DNA of 64,000 nucleotides from Intoshia linei (lineage: Eukaryota; Animalia; Orthonectida): positions 30,747-94,746 of the forward strand of contig LWCA01000010.1 of assembly GCA_001642005.1 (NCBI GenBank). The letters run 5' to 3'. The notes below the pieces were generated by a model. That model did no database searches and was not told the origin of the DNA. It saw only the letters and a list, made by a program, of their open reading frames with translations. The position numbers and the translations under genes were made by a program. This document shows positions 12,537-25,016 of the stretch, in pieces (position 1 is the first letter of the stretch; each line of letters starts with the position of its first letter).

Positions 12537-15500
12537 ATGAGAAATGTTATACCAGATGAAATTTTATTTGACACTAAATTAAACCAAATGATTAGTGCGG
12601 TATGTATTTCAATTATTTGTATATAATATAGGAATTTCAAATGTATCCTTCATTTATAACTCAATTAACTTGTGACGTGTTGGATGTCGTTTTTTGAACC
12701 AATAATAATTTTAATTAAAGTTATTAAAATAAATAACTGATATTGATATTCTTGAAATAATATGTATAAAATTTAGTTACCCTCAAATTATAATTTTGAA
12801 ATTTATAAAACTATATGGCACATTAAAAAAAAAAGAGTCAAAATTGGTATTATTTTGTATCCATTTGTATTATTTGTTTTATACAGTGGTTAGCTTTCTA
12901 TTGTATATCTCATAACCAAATTTTCTATTTTCTAATCTTTTTTTTATTTTTTCTTTATGGAAGCTTTCTACCAATATTGTTTCAGTTTTTTGTTCAAAAA
13001 CTAAACTAAATACCAAAAAATATACACTTACATTTTCCACACCTAATGAACATTGAAATGTGACAAATAATTTCATAACAAATTATCATACTGAATGTTT
13101 AGATAGTAACTACAGAAATTTGATGAAATGTTACCTGTTTAGAAATTATTTAAAATTGGCGCTTTTTAAAACTCGCCTAAGTAAAAATGCTCATTAAAGC
13201 GTAATTTTATACATATAAGAATGATCTTTTTAAAATTAATATAGAATGCAGTCAAAATATTTTAATTGACGTTGATCATTAATTAGATTTTTATTGTTAA
13301 AATGTGGAACTTTTTGTGATTAACATGTTTCCCTATTAACACAATCATTTTTTTTACTGCGATTTTTGAAAAATTCAACAACAGGTAATATTTTTTGTTA
13401 TTGTCACATTTGTTAATTTTTTCGTATTTTTTTGTGTTTCATGTTAATACTCAAATTATTACATGTACCAAATTTGTTTAGACTCTTCTCGTACGTGATT
13501 TCAAAACTAAGGGAACCTGAGAGGTTAAGGTAGTCTACTAGCAAACCATTGGTATAATAACATTAATTTACTTTTAATTAAATATTTTGATATTTGTTTA
13601 GTTGCATTACAATTTCCAGAGGGATTATTGCTATTTTCGATGATTATTTCAGATATTTTGGAGGAGTAAGTATTTTTATTTATTCTTTATAGTATTTTTA
13701 GATACTGTGGAGTAATGGTCGTTATAATGGGGGATGTTACTTATGGAGCCTGCTGTATTGACGACTACACTGCCAAATCCATGAATGCAGACTTGTTGGT
13801 ACATTATGGACACAGTTGTTTATGTATTTGTATTGAAAATATTTATATTTAAATCCTTATTTTAGTACCCATTACAAAAACGTTTCATGGAATTTCTTAT
13901 CATTATGTTTTTGTGTCTATATCTGTCGACCCAATGCATTTTATCGAAACTGTTAAATTAAATATAGATAAAAAATTTAAAATTGCATTTATTAGCATAA
14001 TTCAATTTGTGAAAGCTATTCATGTAATTCATATTTAATATTTAATATTTATGCATTAAGAAAAACTTGTAAATATAAAGAAAATATTACATTACATAAA
14101 ATTTTTAATTTGTATACTTTTATTTTAGTACGCAAAACAAAAATTATGCAGTGAAAGTTACAATATAATTCTACCGCAAGCTAAACCCTTATCTCCTGGA
14201 GAAATTTTGGGATGTACATCACCAAATATTCCGAATGATGTTGACATTGTCATGTATTTTTATAATATTCAATTTTGATTAAATTAAAATTCTAATTTTC
14301 GGAATTAATGTTTTCTTATTTAGGTACATGGGAGATGGTCGATTTCATGTAGAATCATGCCTAATTGCAAATCCTCATGTTAAAACATATCAGTATTTTT
14401 TTATTATTTAAATTAATAATCATTTTTAAAATATTGTGTTTACGCTACTGTTTTGTAAATGATTAAATATATTGATATTTTTATAGGTACAACCCATACG
14501 ATAAAAAATTAACGAGAGAACGATATAACCATAAAAGAATGACGACATTACGGCAAATGGCAATTCATGAATGCAGAAAAGCAAAAACTATCGGAATTAT
14601 TCTTGGCGCGCTAGGACGACAGGGTTCAATAGACATTGTCAATGTAAATTTAATTTTAAACGTTTCATCAATTTACAATTGTATTTCAATGTCTTAATTT
14701 TATTGAAATTTATTTAGACGATTAGACAGGAAATAATTAATCATGGTCGTCAATATATTATTTGTGTCATGTCAGAAGTATTCCCAATGAAATTATCAAA
14801 ATTTGAAAATATTGATGCGTAATAAAATGTTATTGATTAATTTATTTTACATTGAAATTAAGGTGGGTTGAAATTGCTTGTCCTAGATTAGCTATTGATT
14901 GGGGATATGCATTCCAAAAGCCATTATTGTCTCCATATGAGGTTAGTTCATTTTAAGATTGCATTAATTAGAATTATATCTGTAAATCATAAATTAACCC
15001 TTTCCTGTCTGATGCAATTTTATGTACTATCACCACACGTCTGGAATTTATGTTTTAATTTAAACTTGTATTATTTTTAAATAATTACCTATGTGAAAAT
15101 GTATGAAAATAAAAGAATAAAGTTTTTCAAAATTATGCTGTGTATATCATAGAATACACAGACGTGTGAAGTGAAATTGCTGTGTATAGTATAGAATACA
15201 CAGACAGTGAAAGGTTTAACGATGTGAAATTCCGGTGACGTAGGGAATTTATAATTTTAAGCAGAGGTCACCAAATTATAAAAAATACAAAGGCTGTTGT
15301 CCCACATTTCTAATACATGAATTACATGGATCCCATAAAATAATATTTAGATAAATTAAATCAAATGTTCCCACATTTTTTTCTCGGCGGATTGGTAATA
15401 TTTTATGAAATGTAGCGCGAACCATTACGGCAAAATAACTAGACAACCTTAAAAAATTGATAAAATATCTAATAAATTGAAATTTAATTACTAATTAGTA

Positions 15501-16464
15501 AAAATTTTTAACGGATCAGTACTGGTCCGCGGACCGGCTTTGGGAAACGCTGCATTAAATTATGAATGCAAATTAATTTAAAGGGAATCTATTTACTTGT
15601 AAAAATTTTTTGCTATTCTGCATTTTGTCAAATTGATATAGTATTTTACACATTATTTATTAAAGCAGAGTTTCTTAATCGGGTGCTAGAATTAATTTCA
15701 TCAGGCTAGAAAAATTTTTTATATTTTAATTAAAAAATTTCATAAAAAAATGAAATTAATTTTATTTTCAAGTTAGAATATAATTTATTTTTTACTTAGT
15801 CTCTCAAGTAAGTGGATTATTTAAATTTTTAAATGGATTATTTATTGTCTAAAAATTTAAAATATCAGTTGAACTTTGCATTAATTGTTATAAAAATTTT
15901 CCAAGATTACCTACATTGTATTTATGAATTAAATAGTAGGAATTCGTGATTGTAGACCTGGGCATGTGGCCTCTCTCAGTATTCCTGCATGATAGTTCTT
16001 TTATTTCTAACAAGAACTAGATATGATAAACTTGTTTCCGATAAACAAAAAAAATCCAATGAATTCTTGCATTAAAATATTTTTTGATTACGTCATTTGT
16101 TGCTTTTATGTATTTGAAAATTATAATTTAAATCTTATCAAATACAGTTTCTATGCCCATTTTTACAATTTTTATTTTTTTGTTGTTATTGATTATATTC
16201 GATTAAAATATTATTTTTATGTTGAGTTTTAAGGTATCATTTTTTATTTTTTACAGGGGTACTGGAAACATTTGATATGGCTAAAGGGGTGCTAAATTTA
16301 AAAAAGGTTAAGAAACCTATATTAAAGTGTAAAGATTACATATTATATATATTTAGTTGATGAAATGTTTGAATGATCCTATTTTGACTCAACACTATCC
16401 AATGGATTATTACATGAGTAAAGTTGATAAACCTTGGACCAACAATTCCAAACCTAGTATATAA
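12537..16464 (+). CDS. DPH1: Diphthamide biosynthesis protein 1 (2-(3-amino-3-carboxypropyl)histidine synthase subunit 1), multi-exon
   Basis: [10 protein letters not shown]...[92 protein letters not shown]; all three Fe-S Cys motifs present. Confidence 0.95.
14998..15215. mobile_element. piggyBac-like MITE in last DPH1 intron
   Basis: TTAA|CCCTTTCCTGTCTG ... CAGACAGTGAAAGGT|TTAA; TTAA on both sides. Confidence 0.7.
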
Positions 16465-16872
16465 ATAAAAATACAATTGTAATTTTTTATTTTTTTAATA
16501 AATATCCATTTGACTGTAATACTGTTAGAATCATTAATAATATCCTTACTCCAATCTTAACCTTGAATTTAAAGCACGTTTTGCAAGCGTACCTGAATAA
16601 AACTTGGAATATATTTTAGTAAACAGTTTTAAAATATAAGCAAAATTATGATAAATACAGAATCACAAACAATATGAATGAAAATTGAATAAAAAAAGAT
16701 GTATACTGTAAATTATTAACAATAAACTTTTTATTTTTATTTTCCTACGTATACTGCAATTTATTATTCATGCAGATATATTTTTTAATAATTTCTATTT
16801 GCAACCATGGTTAGTACAATTTCAATTTAAACTTATTATATATTTTGTCAATGTGTGTATTATAATTGAATA

Positions 16873-19765
16873 ATGCTAATGAAAATACTTAATTCTTTCA
16901 ATTTACGTAAGCTTAATATATGCAATAGTTGTTTATAGGTTTTTTCGCAACGTGGTTTCCCATTAGGTTTAGTTTATTAGTTGTCAGGTTCTTAGTTCTG
17001 GATATAAACATAGACTAGGACAGGGGTGGGCAACCTTATGATGGTAATGGGTAGATGGTATATTCTGATAATTTTGCGAGCCGGAAACTTTACAATTAGA
17101 ACTAATAACGTCCATTTTACCACTGGGTATTTATGATTTTTTTTATGTTCACTTTTTGGAAATATAACATTGGATAAAAATAAAATCTATAAATGTAGAA
17201 AAATTTAAAAAAAAAATTAAGCCGACCGGATGAAATTAGTTCGTGGCCCGTTCAAAACTTTCAAAATTTTATTAGTGTTAATTACAACTAAATAAATCAT
17301 CACAATGTATTATTTATTTACCTTCTTTTATACTGTTTGATTTATATATATAGAAACTTTGTAATATATATTTTGGTGTAAATGCCCATTTTTGTGATAT
17401 AGGATATATTTTACGATGAATGTTTAGGTTTTATCCAAATAAAAACTGTCTATCAACCTTTAATTCAAAAATGCAATCTCAGCACCTCTCCATCAGCTAA
17501 TACATCCAAGCCAATTTATTTAGACGCTCAAGCTACAACTCAAATTGTATTATAAAACTTGTGTTTCTTAATTTTATTGGCTAATTATACATTCAAGGAT
17601 CCTCGTGTACTAGACAAAATGTTGCCTTACATGATGAGTAAATTTGGAAATGCTAGTTCCAGAACTCACGAATATGGCTGGGACAGTGAAAAAGCTGTTC
17701 AAGATGCCAGAAAACATGTAGCTGATTTGATTGGTGCAAACGAAAAGGAAATTATTTTCACTAGTGGTGCAACTGAATCTGGAAATATTGCAATAAAAGG
17801 AATTGCAAACTTTTACGAACACAAGAATCACATTATAACGTCTCAAATTGTGATACAAATTTTTCATGTTATATTTTAATTTTTAGGAACACAAATGTAT
17901 ATTGGATTCTTGTCGTTTTTTAGAGAATAAAGGGTTTAAAGTTACATATCTGCCTGTTGATCAAAATGGTTTGGTTGATTTGCAAAAGCTAGAAGAATCT
18001 ATTAATGATAAAACTGCTCTAGTGTCTATTATGGCTGTCAATAGTGAGATTGGGGTTTTGCAAGATTTGAAAACTATTGGTTAGTTTTGTGTTGTGCTAA
18101 TCTAATTTTGATGAATTCTGTTTCAACGTTTTTTTCAGATTGAAATTTTTAAATTCTTTTAATGGAGTGTTTTGCACCAAGGTAAATTTTGCATAGAATC
18201 ATGGTTTATCTGGTGGGGTTACTGATTTAAAATTTTTTAGTCTTACGGATCGTTTTTATGAAATTACATATTTTCATTTATCATAATTTCGTAAACTAAA
18301 AATTAGATTTACGTTTTAAAAGAATATACCAAAATACTCATCTCACTTTTTGATTAATTTATCCCTCGAGTTCAAGATTTTATGCCGTAATAGCACTTTG
18401 GAATAGCCTTTTTATATATTAATGAAATAATTTAAATTAAGGTTCAATTTGTCGCAAAAAAAAAGTGTTTTTTCATAGTGATATTGCGCAATGCTGTGGA
18501 AAGCTTCCACTTAATGTTAATGATATCAATGCTGATTTACTTTCAATTAGTGGCCATAAAATGTATGCTCCAAAAGGTAATTTTAATTAATTTAACTTAT
18601 AGTGTGGATGTGACAATATATTTATTTAACTATATAAAGTACTCTTTTAATAATCATTTTTTTATCTCTAAAATTATTGGAACTGCCAAAAAATATTTAA
18701 TAAATGATAATTTAACAAATTGATTAGCTAGTTACATGATTATTATATTTTTATTTGTTAAACATCATGACTCGCTGGATCATCGATTTTACTACAATTC
18801 CAGGAGTGTACTATTTATTTTAAATTGTTTTTTTATTATGCCAGTATTTTGTTTGTTTTATATTTTCTACAAACAGTAGTTAGTACTACCGAGGGGCAAT
18901 TTTTTTCATTTATAACTTTCTTCATTTTAATTATCAGGTATCGGTGCACTTTATGTGAGAAGAAAACCTAGAGTGCGACTGGAAGCTATACAGAGCGGAG
19001 GAGGGCAGGAAAGAGGAATTCGAAGTGGAACGCTTCCGACTCATTTAATTGTCGGTATTGGAGAGGCTGCTAGGATTTGTTCTATTGAAATGAAGGTTTT
19101 AGTGGCTGGGTGAATTATTTTTATTAATGATTTAGAGAGATCTTGAACATGTTAAAAAACTTTCAAATGTCTTAATTTCTACAATTATGGATAATTGTGA
19201 TGATATTATTCACAATGGACATCCCACCCAAAATTATCCTGGTTTTTTATTGTTTTCATTAATTCAATTTTAGGTTGTGTTAATCTTTCTTTTTCATATG
19301 TTGAAGGTGAAAGCTTATTAATGGCGCTTAAAGATATTGCATTATCTTCTGGCAGGTTTATTTACTATTACTTTGAATTTTAAATTTAAATTTAAATTTA
19401 AATTTTGTTTGTACAGATTATTAAATTTACTAAAATAATTCAACATTTCGTTTTTGATATAAAAATTTTAGCGCATGCACTTCAGAATCACTAGAACCAT
19501 CCTACGTGTTAAGAGCGATTGGATCCCAAGAAGACTTGGCCCATTCATCAATAAGATTTGGAATTGGCCGGTTCACTTCAGAAGAAGAAATCATTTTCAC
19601 TGCAAAAAAGTGCATCGAAAGTGTCAAAAAACTGAGAGAATTAAGGTATACATTTACTAATTTAAACTAAATATGATTATATCATTATATGAAATTTTTA
19701 GTCCATTATGGGAAATGGTTCAAGAAGGAATTGATATAAAAACCATAAAATGGACCCACCATTAA
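16873..19765 (+). CDS. NFS1: Mitochondrial cysteine desulfurase, multi-exon
   Basis: Presequence-like [53 protein letters not shown] (PLP Lys), [29 protein letters not shown] (catalytic Cys), [21 protein letters not shown]. Confidence 0.96.
17021..17250 (+). mobile_element. hAT-Charlie-type MITE fragment in NFS1 intron 1
   Basis: Begins CAGGGGTGGGCAACC, a typical Charlie/Buster terminus; right TIR not found. Confidence 0.5.
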
Positions 19766-19788
19766 TTTTATAGACAGTACATTAATAA

Positions 19789-20968
19789 TTAATTTAAAAT
19801 ATACTTTGAACGATTTAATCTAAACAAGTGTTCAACATTTTCTCTGAATGGCCGACTAATGACCATATAAACAACAAAATTGAGAGTATAATTGATATTT
19901 TGCATAATATTGGTAATAATTTCGATTTTCTCGTATGCGTTGTCATTTGATTTATAAAAGTAAATAATTTGTTTGATAAGTTCCGTAGGAGTAACAAATA
20001 TGAAAAATACAAAGGTTGCTGTCACTAGCATTACAGTGGACGTTCTAAACACCTTTTTTATTTTCTGTGAGAACGAAGATTACATTTATATTTCACATTC
20101 CCATTTCTTTTTAATCTGTACTTTTGAGCGTCTAGATGCAAGGAAGGGTCTCTTCGTTTCAATGAAATTAATAAACCTACTGTCCCTACAACAAGATCTA
20201 AAAATGGCAACCAGGATCCAAATGTAATTTGTAAAATTCTATAAACATAATCAAAATGCGCATTGTATATATCTTGATAAATTAAAGTTTTTGATGTGCA
20301 CAGTATGTCCAATTTGACAATTTTGGTTAAATTGTGACATGTTCACCTTGTAATTGAAATGCAGTGTGTTTTTGTAGTAATCTTTTGAACATTTTATGGT
20401 TTTTGTAGAATACCTCCAAAGAAAAGGTAAATTGAAAAGTATGGAAATTATTAATATCATTGAAAATAGAATGTGTGTTTTTTTACGTGAACATCGGCTT
20501 TTTAATGATAAAGGATATTTTATTATCGTGTATATTTCTATTGATATTGTCATCATTACATATGCGCTAGAAAATATAAATGTACTAAGTATCGCTGAAG
20601 CGTACATTTCGTAGAAATACATAAATCTGGTAAAACCATTTTGGACTATTTTTGAAATTGATATTGGGCCAAATTGATTTAAAAATGCTGTGATTTTTGC
20701 ATAAGAGGTATATTTACAATCTTGGAGGTTGATTTTTAGTTTCATGTGTTTTTTTCGTTGTAGATACTCCATTTATAATGATATGGGATCAATGTATGGA
20801 ACAGTGCGCAAACACAGAATAAAAGATAATTTATTGCTAACCACATGAATCCTATGGCTGACGCTGAATCCATTTTTCTTTGATCGTAAAAGTACGTTTT
20901 TTTCTTTTTCGCATATTGCCAATTATAATGATCAATATTAAAATGTTGCCGACTATCCTAATGATACA
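19789..20968 (-). pseudogene. Frameshifted class A peptide-type GPCR (FMRFamide/sex-peptide-receptor-like group)
   Basis: TM1 IVGNILILII, TM2 GFMWLAINYLLFC, TM3 ISIEIYTIIKYPL, TM4 SILFNLPFLW, TM5 FGSWLPFL, TM6 MLVTATFVFFIFVTP and TM7 NYTLNFVVYMVISRPFRE lie in successive different frames (~4 shifts) with no intron-sized gaps. Confidence 0.7.
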
Positions 20969-21139
20969 TCTAAATTTTTTTAATAAATATAAATGTAGAA
21001 CCTTAGAAATACATATGGATCCCTACGACGGTATTGAAATAATTATCCAAAAAAATTATATACATTACATCCTTTACAATATATACTAACACTAGCTTGA
21101 CTTTTATGTACTACGTACAAACAGCACCTAGCTCTCTCT

Positions 21140-21500
21140 CATTTGTGGAATTAGTAAAGAAATATGCTTCTATCTTTTCTAATATTCCCGGAAGAACCAA
21201 ATTAATTAACCATAATATCAAAACTACAGCTGGTAAACCGCCATTAACATGTCGGTTCTATTCTACCCCAATTCACCTAACGGAAGAAAAAAAAAACTCA
21301 TTGAAGAAATAATAAAATCAAATATCATTGAACCTTCAAATAGTAGTTTTCGATCTGAACACTTTTTCAAAAAGAAAAAAAATGGAAAATACAGATTTAT
21401 ACTTGACTACAGGCCGCTCAATTGCATAACTGAAAAAGATAGATACCCAACACCTAATCAAAAACAACTTATAGACGAAATGCAGGAGAAAAAAGGTATT
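21140..21500 (+). pseudogene. Ty3/gypsy LTR-retrotransposon pol (RT N-terminal) remnant, frameshifted
   Basis: FSNIPGRTKLINHNIKT ... IIEPSNSSFRS ... KKKNGKYRFILDYRPLNCITEKDRYPTP, the typical gypsy RT start. Confidence 0.85.
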
Positions 21501-21504
21501 CACT

Positions 21505-21980
21505 TCTATTTAGAAAGGTTTAAAGGTTTTTGTTAAAAAATGGATATGAACGTGGTCACCGAAAAGGAAAACAATCGTACATTCACGTCAATTATGCTCA
21601 ACATGACGATTCTATATATAATCCGAAAGATGATTCGTATTCCGAACCAATTCAAAGAATTAAAGGACAGAAATACTGTGTTATTGTTGCAATTATTAAC
21701 GAAGGAAATGAAATTTGAGAAGTGTGCGAATTACTCAAACCAACAATGGGCATATTTGAGGGTGGTAAAAAAAAAAAGACTATCACGGAATGTTCAATCA
21801 CAAATATTTTATTGGTTGAATGGAAAAATTGTTTAAATATTTCAACGAAAAAAATATTTAGAATTGTCTCATCGTAATGGACAATGCTTAATATCACAAG
21901 AATCTACCATGATAAGATTTATAGTATAAGTCAAATTTAACGGAATTTTTGGAACATCTAAATCAAAATCATCTACAGAT
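21505..21980 (+). pseudogene. Degenerate IS630/Tc1-like DDE transposase remnant
   Basis: GYERGHRKGK, SYIHVNYAQHDDSIYNPKD, KGQKYCVIVAI, IFEGGKKKDYHGMFNHKYF and CLIVMDNA*YH across frames with stops; boundaries approximate. Confidence 0.7.
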
Positions 21981-24123
21981 CACGACTAATTACACTTGTA
22001 TATTTTCATATATAGATGTTTATTTTAGAACAAAAAATGTATATTATTATTTCAATATTAATGATATATTACCATAAAAATAATATTTCCCGGGTGGCCA
22101 ACTAAATGTATTGTGGTCATATTTCGATAATTATTATTTTATGTTAAAAGACGAGTAACAAATGTTTATTATTCTTAAAAACAATCAAATTTACATGCAA
22201 AAATAAACGAAGGCGTGTTAATCTCGTGTCATAATTTTATAACTTTTAATAGCAAGCAATCTCGAACCGAGTTATATTTTGCTTTGATTTAATTGGTTTT
22301 AGTTATTTTTTTGTAATTTTAATAATTAGTATTTGTTGTTATGCGTTAATTATTTTGAATTTAAAATATTTGCGCTGGGATGAATGAAATGTTTTCTACA
22401 TTATCTATTTTTTAAATTTTGATTTAACTCCATTTTGAAGCTTTTATTTACATAGGCCATGTAGGTGACATCCACTGTTAATAAAATATTTCTGAAAAAA
22501 AATATATGAATACTAAAATGCTTTTTTGACCGTGAAGTCACTTATTCGAATTGATATTTTTTATGTGTGTTAAATAGATACAACTGTACCACCTGTAAAT
22601 GTTTTGAAATTCAAGGGCTGTTTTCATTAAAAAAAGAATGGTAATTTTTGGTTTTGGCCCTGAAGATATAATTTTTTTAAATTTAAATTTATAATAATGT
22701 TTATGATTTTAAAACCCGCATCAGCGTATATATTTTTTTAAATTCTACAACTCGTTTGATTTTCAAAAATAGGGACAACAGGGGTTTTTGACCCGTAAGA
22801 TGTGAAATTGGGAGGTTGAAATTTATTTATTATATGCCCCGAAAAAAACTGTAATTGAAACGTGGTCTTTAAAAAATTCTAAGAGTGGTAGTTATTTCAA
22901 TAAAGTTTTTGACCCGTAAGATGTGAAATTGGGAGGTTGAAATTTATCTTATTATACGGTTTTTGACCCTTAAGATGTGAAATTGGGAGGTTGAAATTTA
23001 TCTTATTATACGCGAAAAAAACTGTAATTGAAATGTGGTCTTTAAAAAATTCTAAGAGTAGTAGTTATTTCAATAAAGTCACACACACAAACAAAAATCG
23101 CGTAGCCTTTTATATAAGTTAGGATATATATTAGGGTGTGAATTTTTTTACTTTTTTGCGAAAATACATAAGTGTCCCCATACCTGTGCTTTGGACCATG
23201 TTCCAGAACTCTAATATATACGTTTGAAAAATAAAAATACACCTTATAAATTGTTTGTCTTTCTCAGGAGTGTCAATTATACAACCCGCATATCCAACAG
23301 ATCCATTTGCGATCCCAATTGTGGAATGTTCGTCCTTATATAAATTTTTATCCATCATTACAATTTTAACATTATTGGTACACTGATTCCATTATTATTG
23401 TTTTATGTTTTATATTTTATTTTTTTAATAAAAACTGTTAGTTTTAATATAATGTTTTGAATAAAGATTTTTTTGTGCGGCCCGCGTAATAATTTTTTTC
23501 ACATTTGACCGGGCAAGCAAATTGAGTTTGACACCCTAGTCTATATCACAAAATAAGTTTTTAAAGAAACTTACACTATTATTACGAAATATTAATTAAT
23601 AATTTCAAATACTTCTCTCATTTCTATAAAGACATGTATCTTGAATTTAAAATAAAACAATAAAAAATTACAAAATTAACAATAAAATTCGATAGCATGC
23701 CCGATATAATTGTGTATTTTGAAACAAAGTCCAAGTTAAATAATTGAAAATTTTTTAAATGCTCATAAAATTAAACAGTATGTATTTAAAAATGGAAACA
23801 AACAATTTCACTCGTAATCAATATGTGAATAATCTTACCATCTAACTAGATTTACAATAATTCAATTAGTTTTATTTATATTAATAATATATTCTTTATT
23901 TAATATAACGCAATTAAGGTAATAACATCTGCAAATTAACGAATGAATTTAATTTTAAACAATTTCTAAAATTTCAATTTTATTCGTAAACCACTAATTT
24001 CATTTCAAATTTAGATTTCATTGATTACGTGTTATCTAATCTCAAACACATATTGTTAAAAATAAAGTATGTCTTCATAATGTTAGATTAATTCATTGTA
24101 TCTAAACTCTTTAGACTAAAGAG

Positions 24124-25016
24124 CAAATCCGTTTTAAGGCATAGGCAATATGGGCTGTAGCCAGGGCCACTCATTAAAAAGGCCCCAAATTAATAAAAAT
24201 ACTTTACATTTATATCTTAAGTAACAGTTTTGAAGTGTGGGAATACAAATATCTAGTTTATAGTTTAAAGAATCAAAGTTCTGTGAAATGTTAAATGTGA
24301 TGTCGAATGATGAGTTGAATAATATTAATCTTACAGCAGCTTATAGCAAAGATTTAGAAAAAAATGATTTAGTAATAGAATGTCAACAATTTAAACATTA
24401 TTTTGATTGGGAAAAAACAAGCAATAAAATTTTTGATATGTATAAAGTTATAAAAGGTGATAAATTGGAATAACTATTTCCTAATATTGAAATGTGCATG
24501 GGAATGTTTCTTTCAATGATGATTGTAAATTGCAAAGGTGAAAGAACTTTTTCTAAACTAAAAATAATTAAGAATGAACTTCGAAATTGCTTAGCTCAAC
24601 CTCGTTTGAATGCGCTTCTCTTTAATATCAATTGAGAATGATATTTTGAATGATATCAGTTTTGATAGTATCATATCTGATTTCTCTCAGAAAAAAGTGA
24701 GAAAACAACATTTGTCAAAAATTAACAAGAATTTTTTGTGACTGCATGGTGCATATTTTCAAGTGAAAAAGTAAACTTTGTTCATTTAATTAATGTAAGT
24801 AGGTTTTTGTAAAAGAAATAAAAGTTACTAGAAACCTACATAATCTTTTAATGCTTTTATTAATACTCAATGAAATAAGACTCTAAGTCTCCACCCAACA
24901 GTATGCCCTGTCTTCTAAACAGGGGAATTAATTTTTTTATTACACCGCTAGAAATTTTAAAGAGCATCCGGCCCTTTTCTTAGCCCATGGCCACGAAGTG
25001 GCTTAAGACGGCTCTG
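24124..25016 (+). mobile_element. hAT (Tip100/ZMYM1-like) deletion derivative with dimerisation-domain remnant
   Basis: TIR CAAATCCGTTTTAAG / CTTAAGACGGCTCTG; TSD CTAAAGAG/CTAAAAAG; encodes FPNIEMCMGMFLSMMIVNCKGERTFSKLKIIKNELRN...RLNAL with stop and frameshift. Confidence 0.85.

Larger units (their letters stand above)
21092..23124 (-). mobile_element. Helitron-bounded composite element with foreign transposon cargo
   Basis: Minus strand A|TCCTAACTTATAT at 23124; family body ~23124-22480; 3' hairpin TGTACGTAGTACA plus GTCAAGCTAG|T at ~21135-21092. Confidence 0.6.

Noticed and set aside
22786-23045. Three tandem copies of TTTTGACCCGTAAGATGTGAAATTGGGAGGTTG
   Set aside because: Local slippage duplication inside the Helitron body; no independent function evident.
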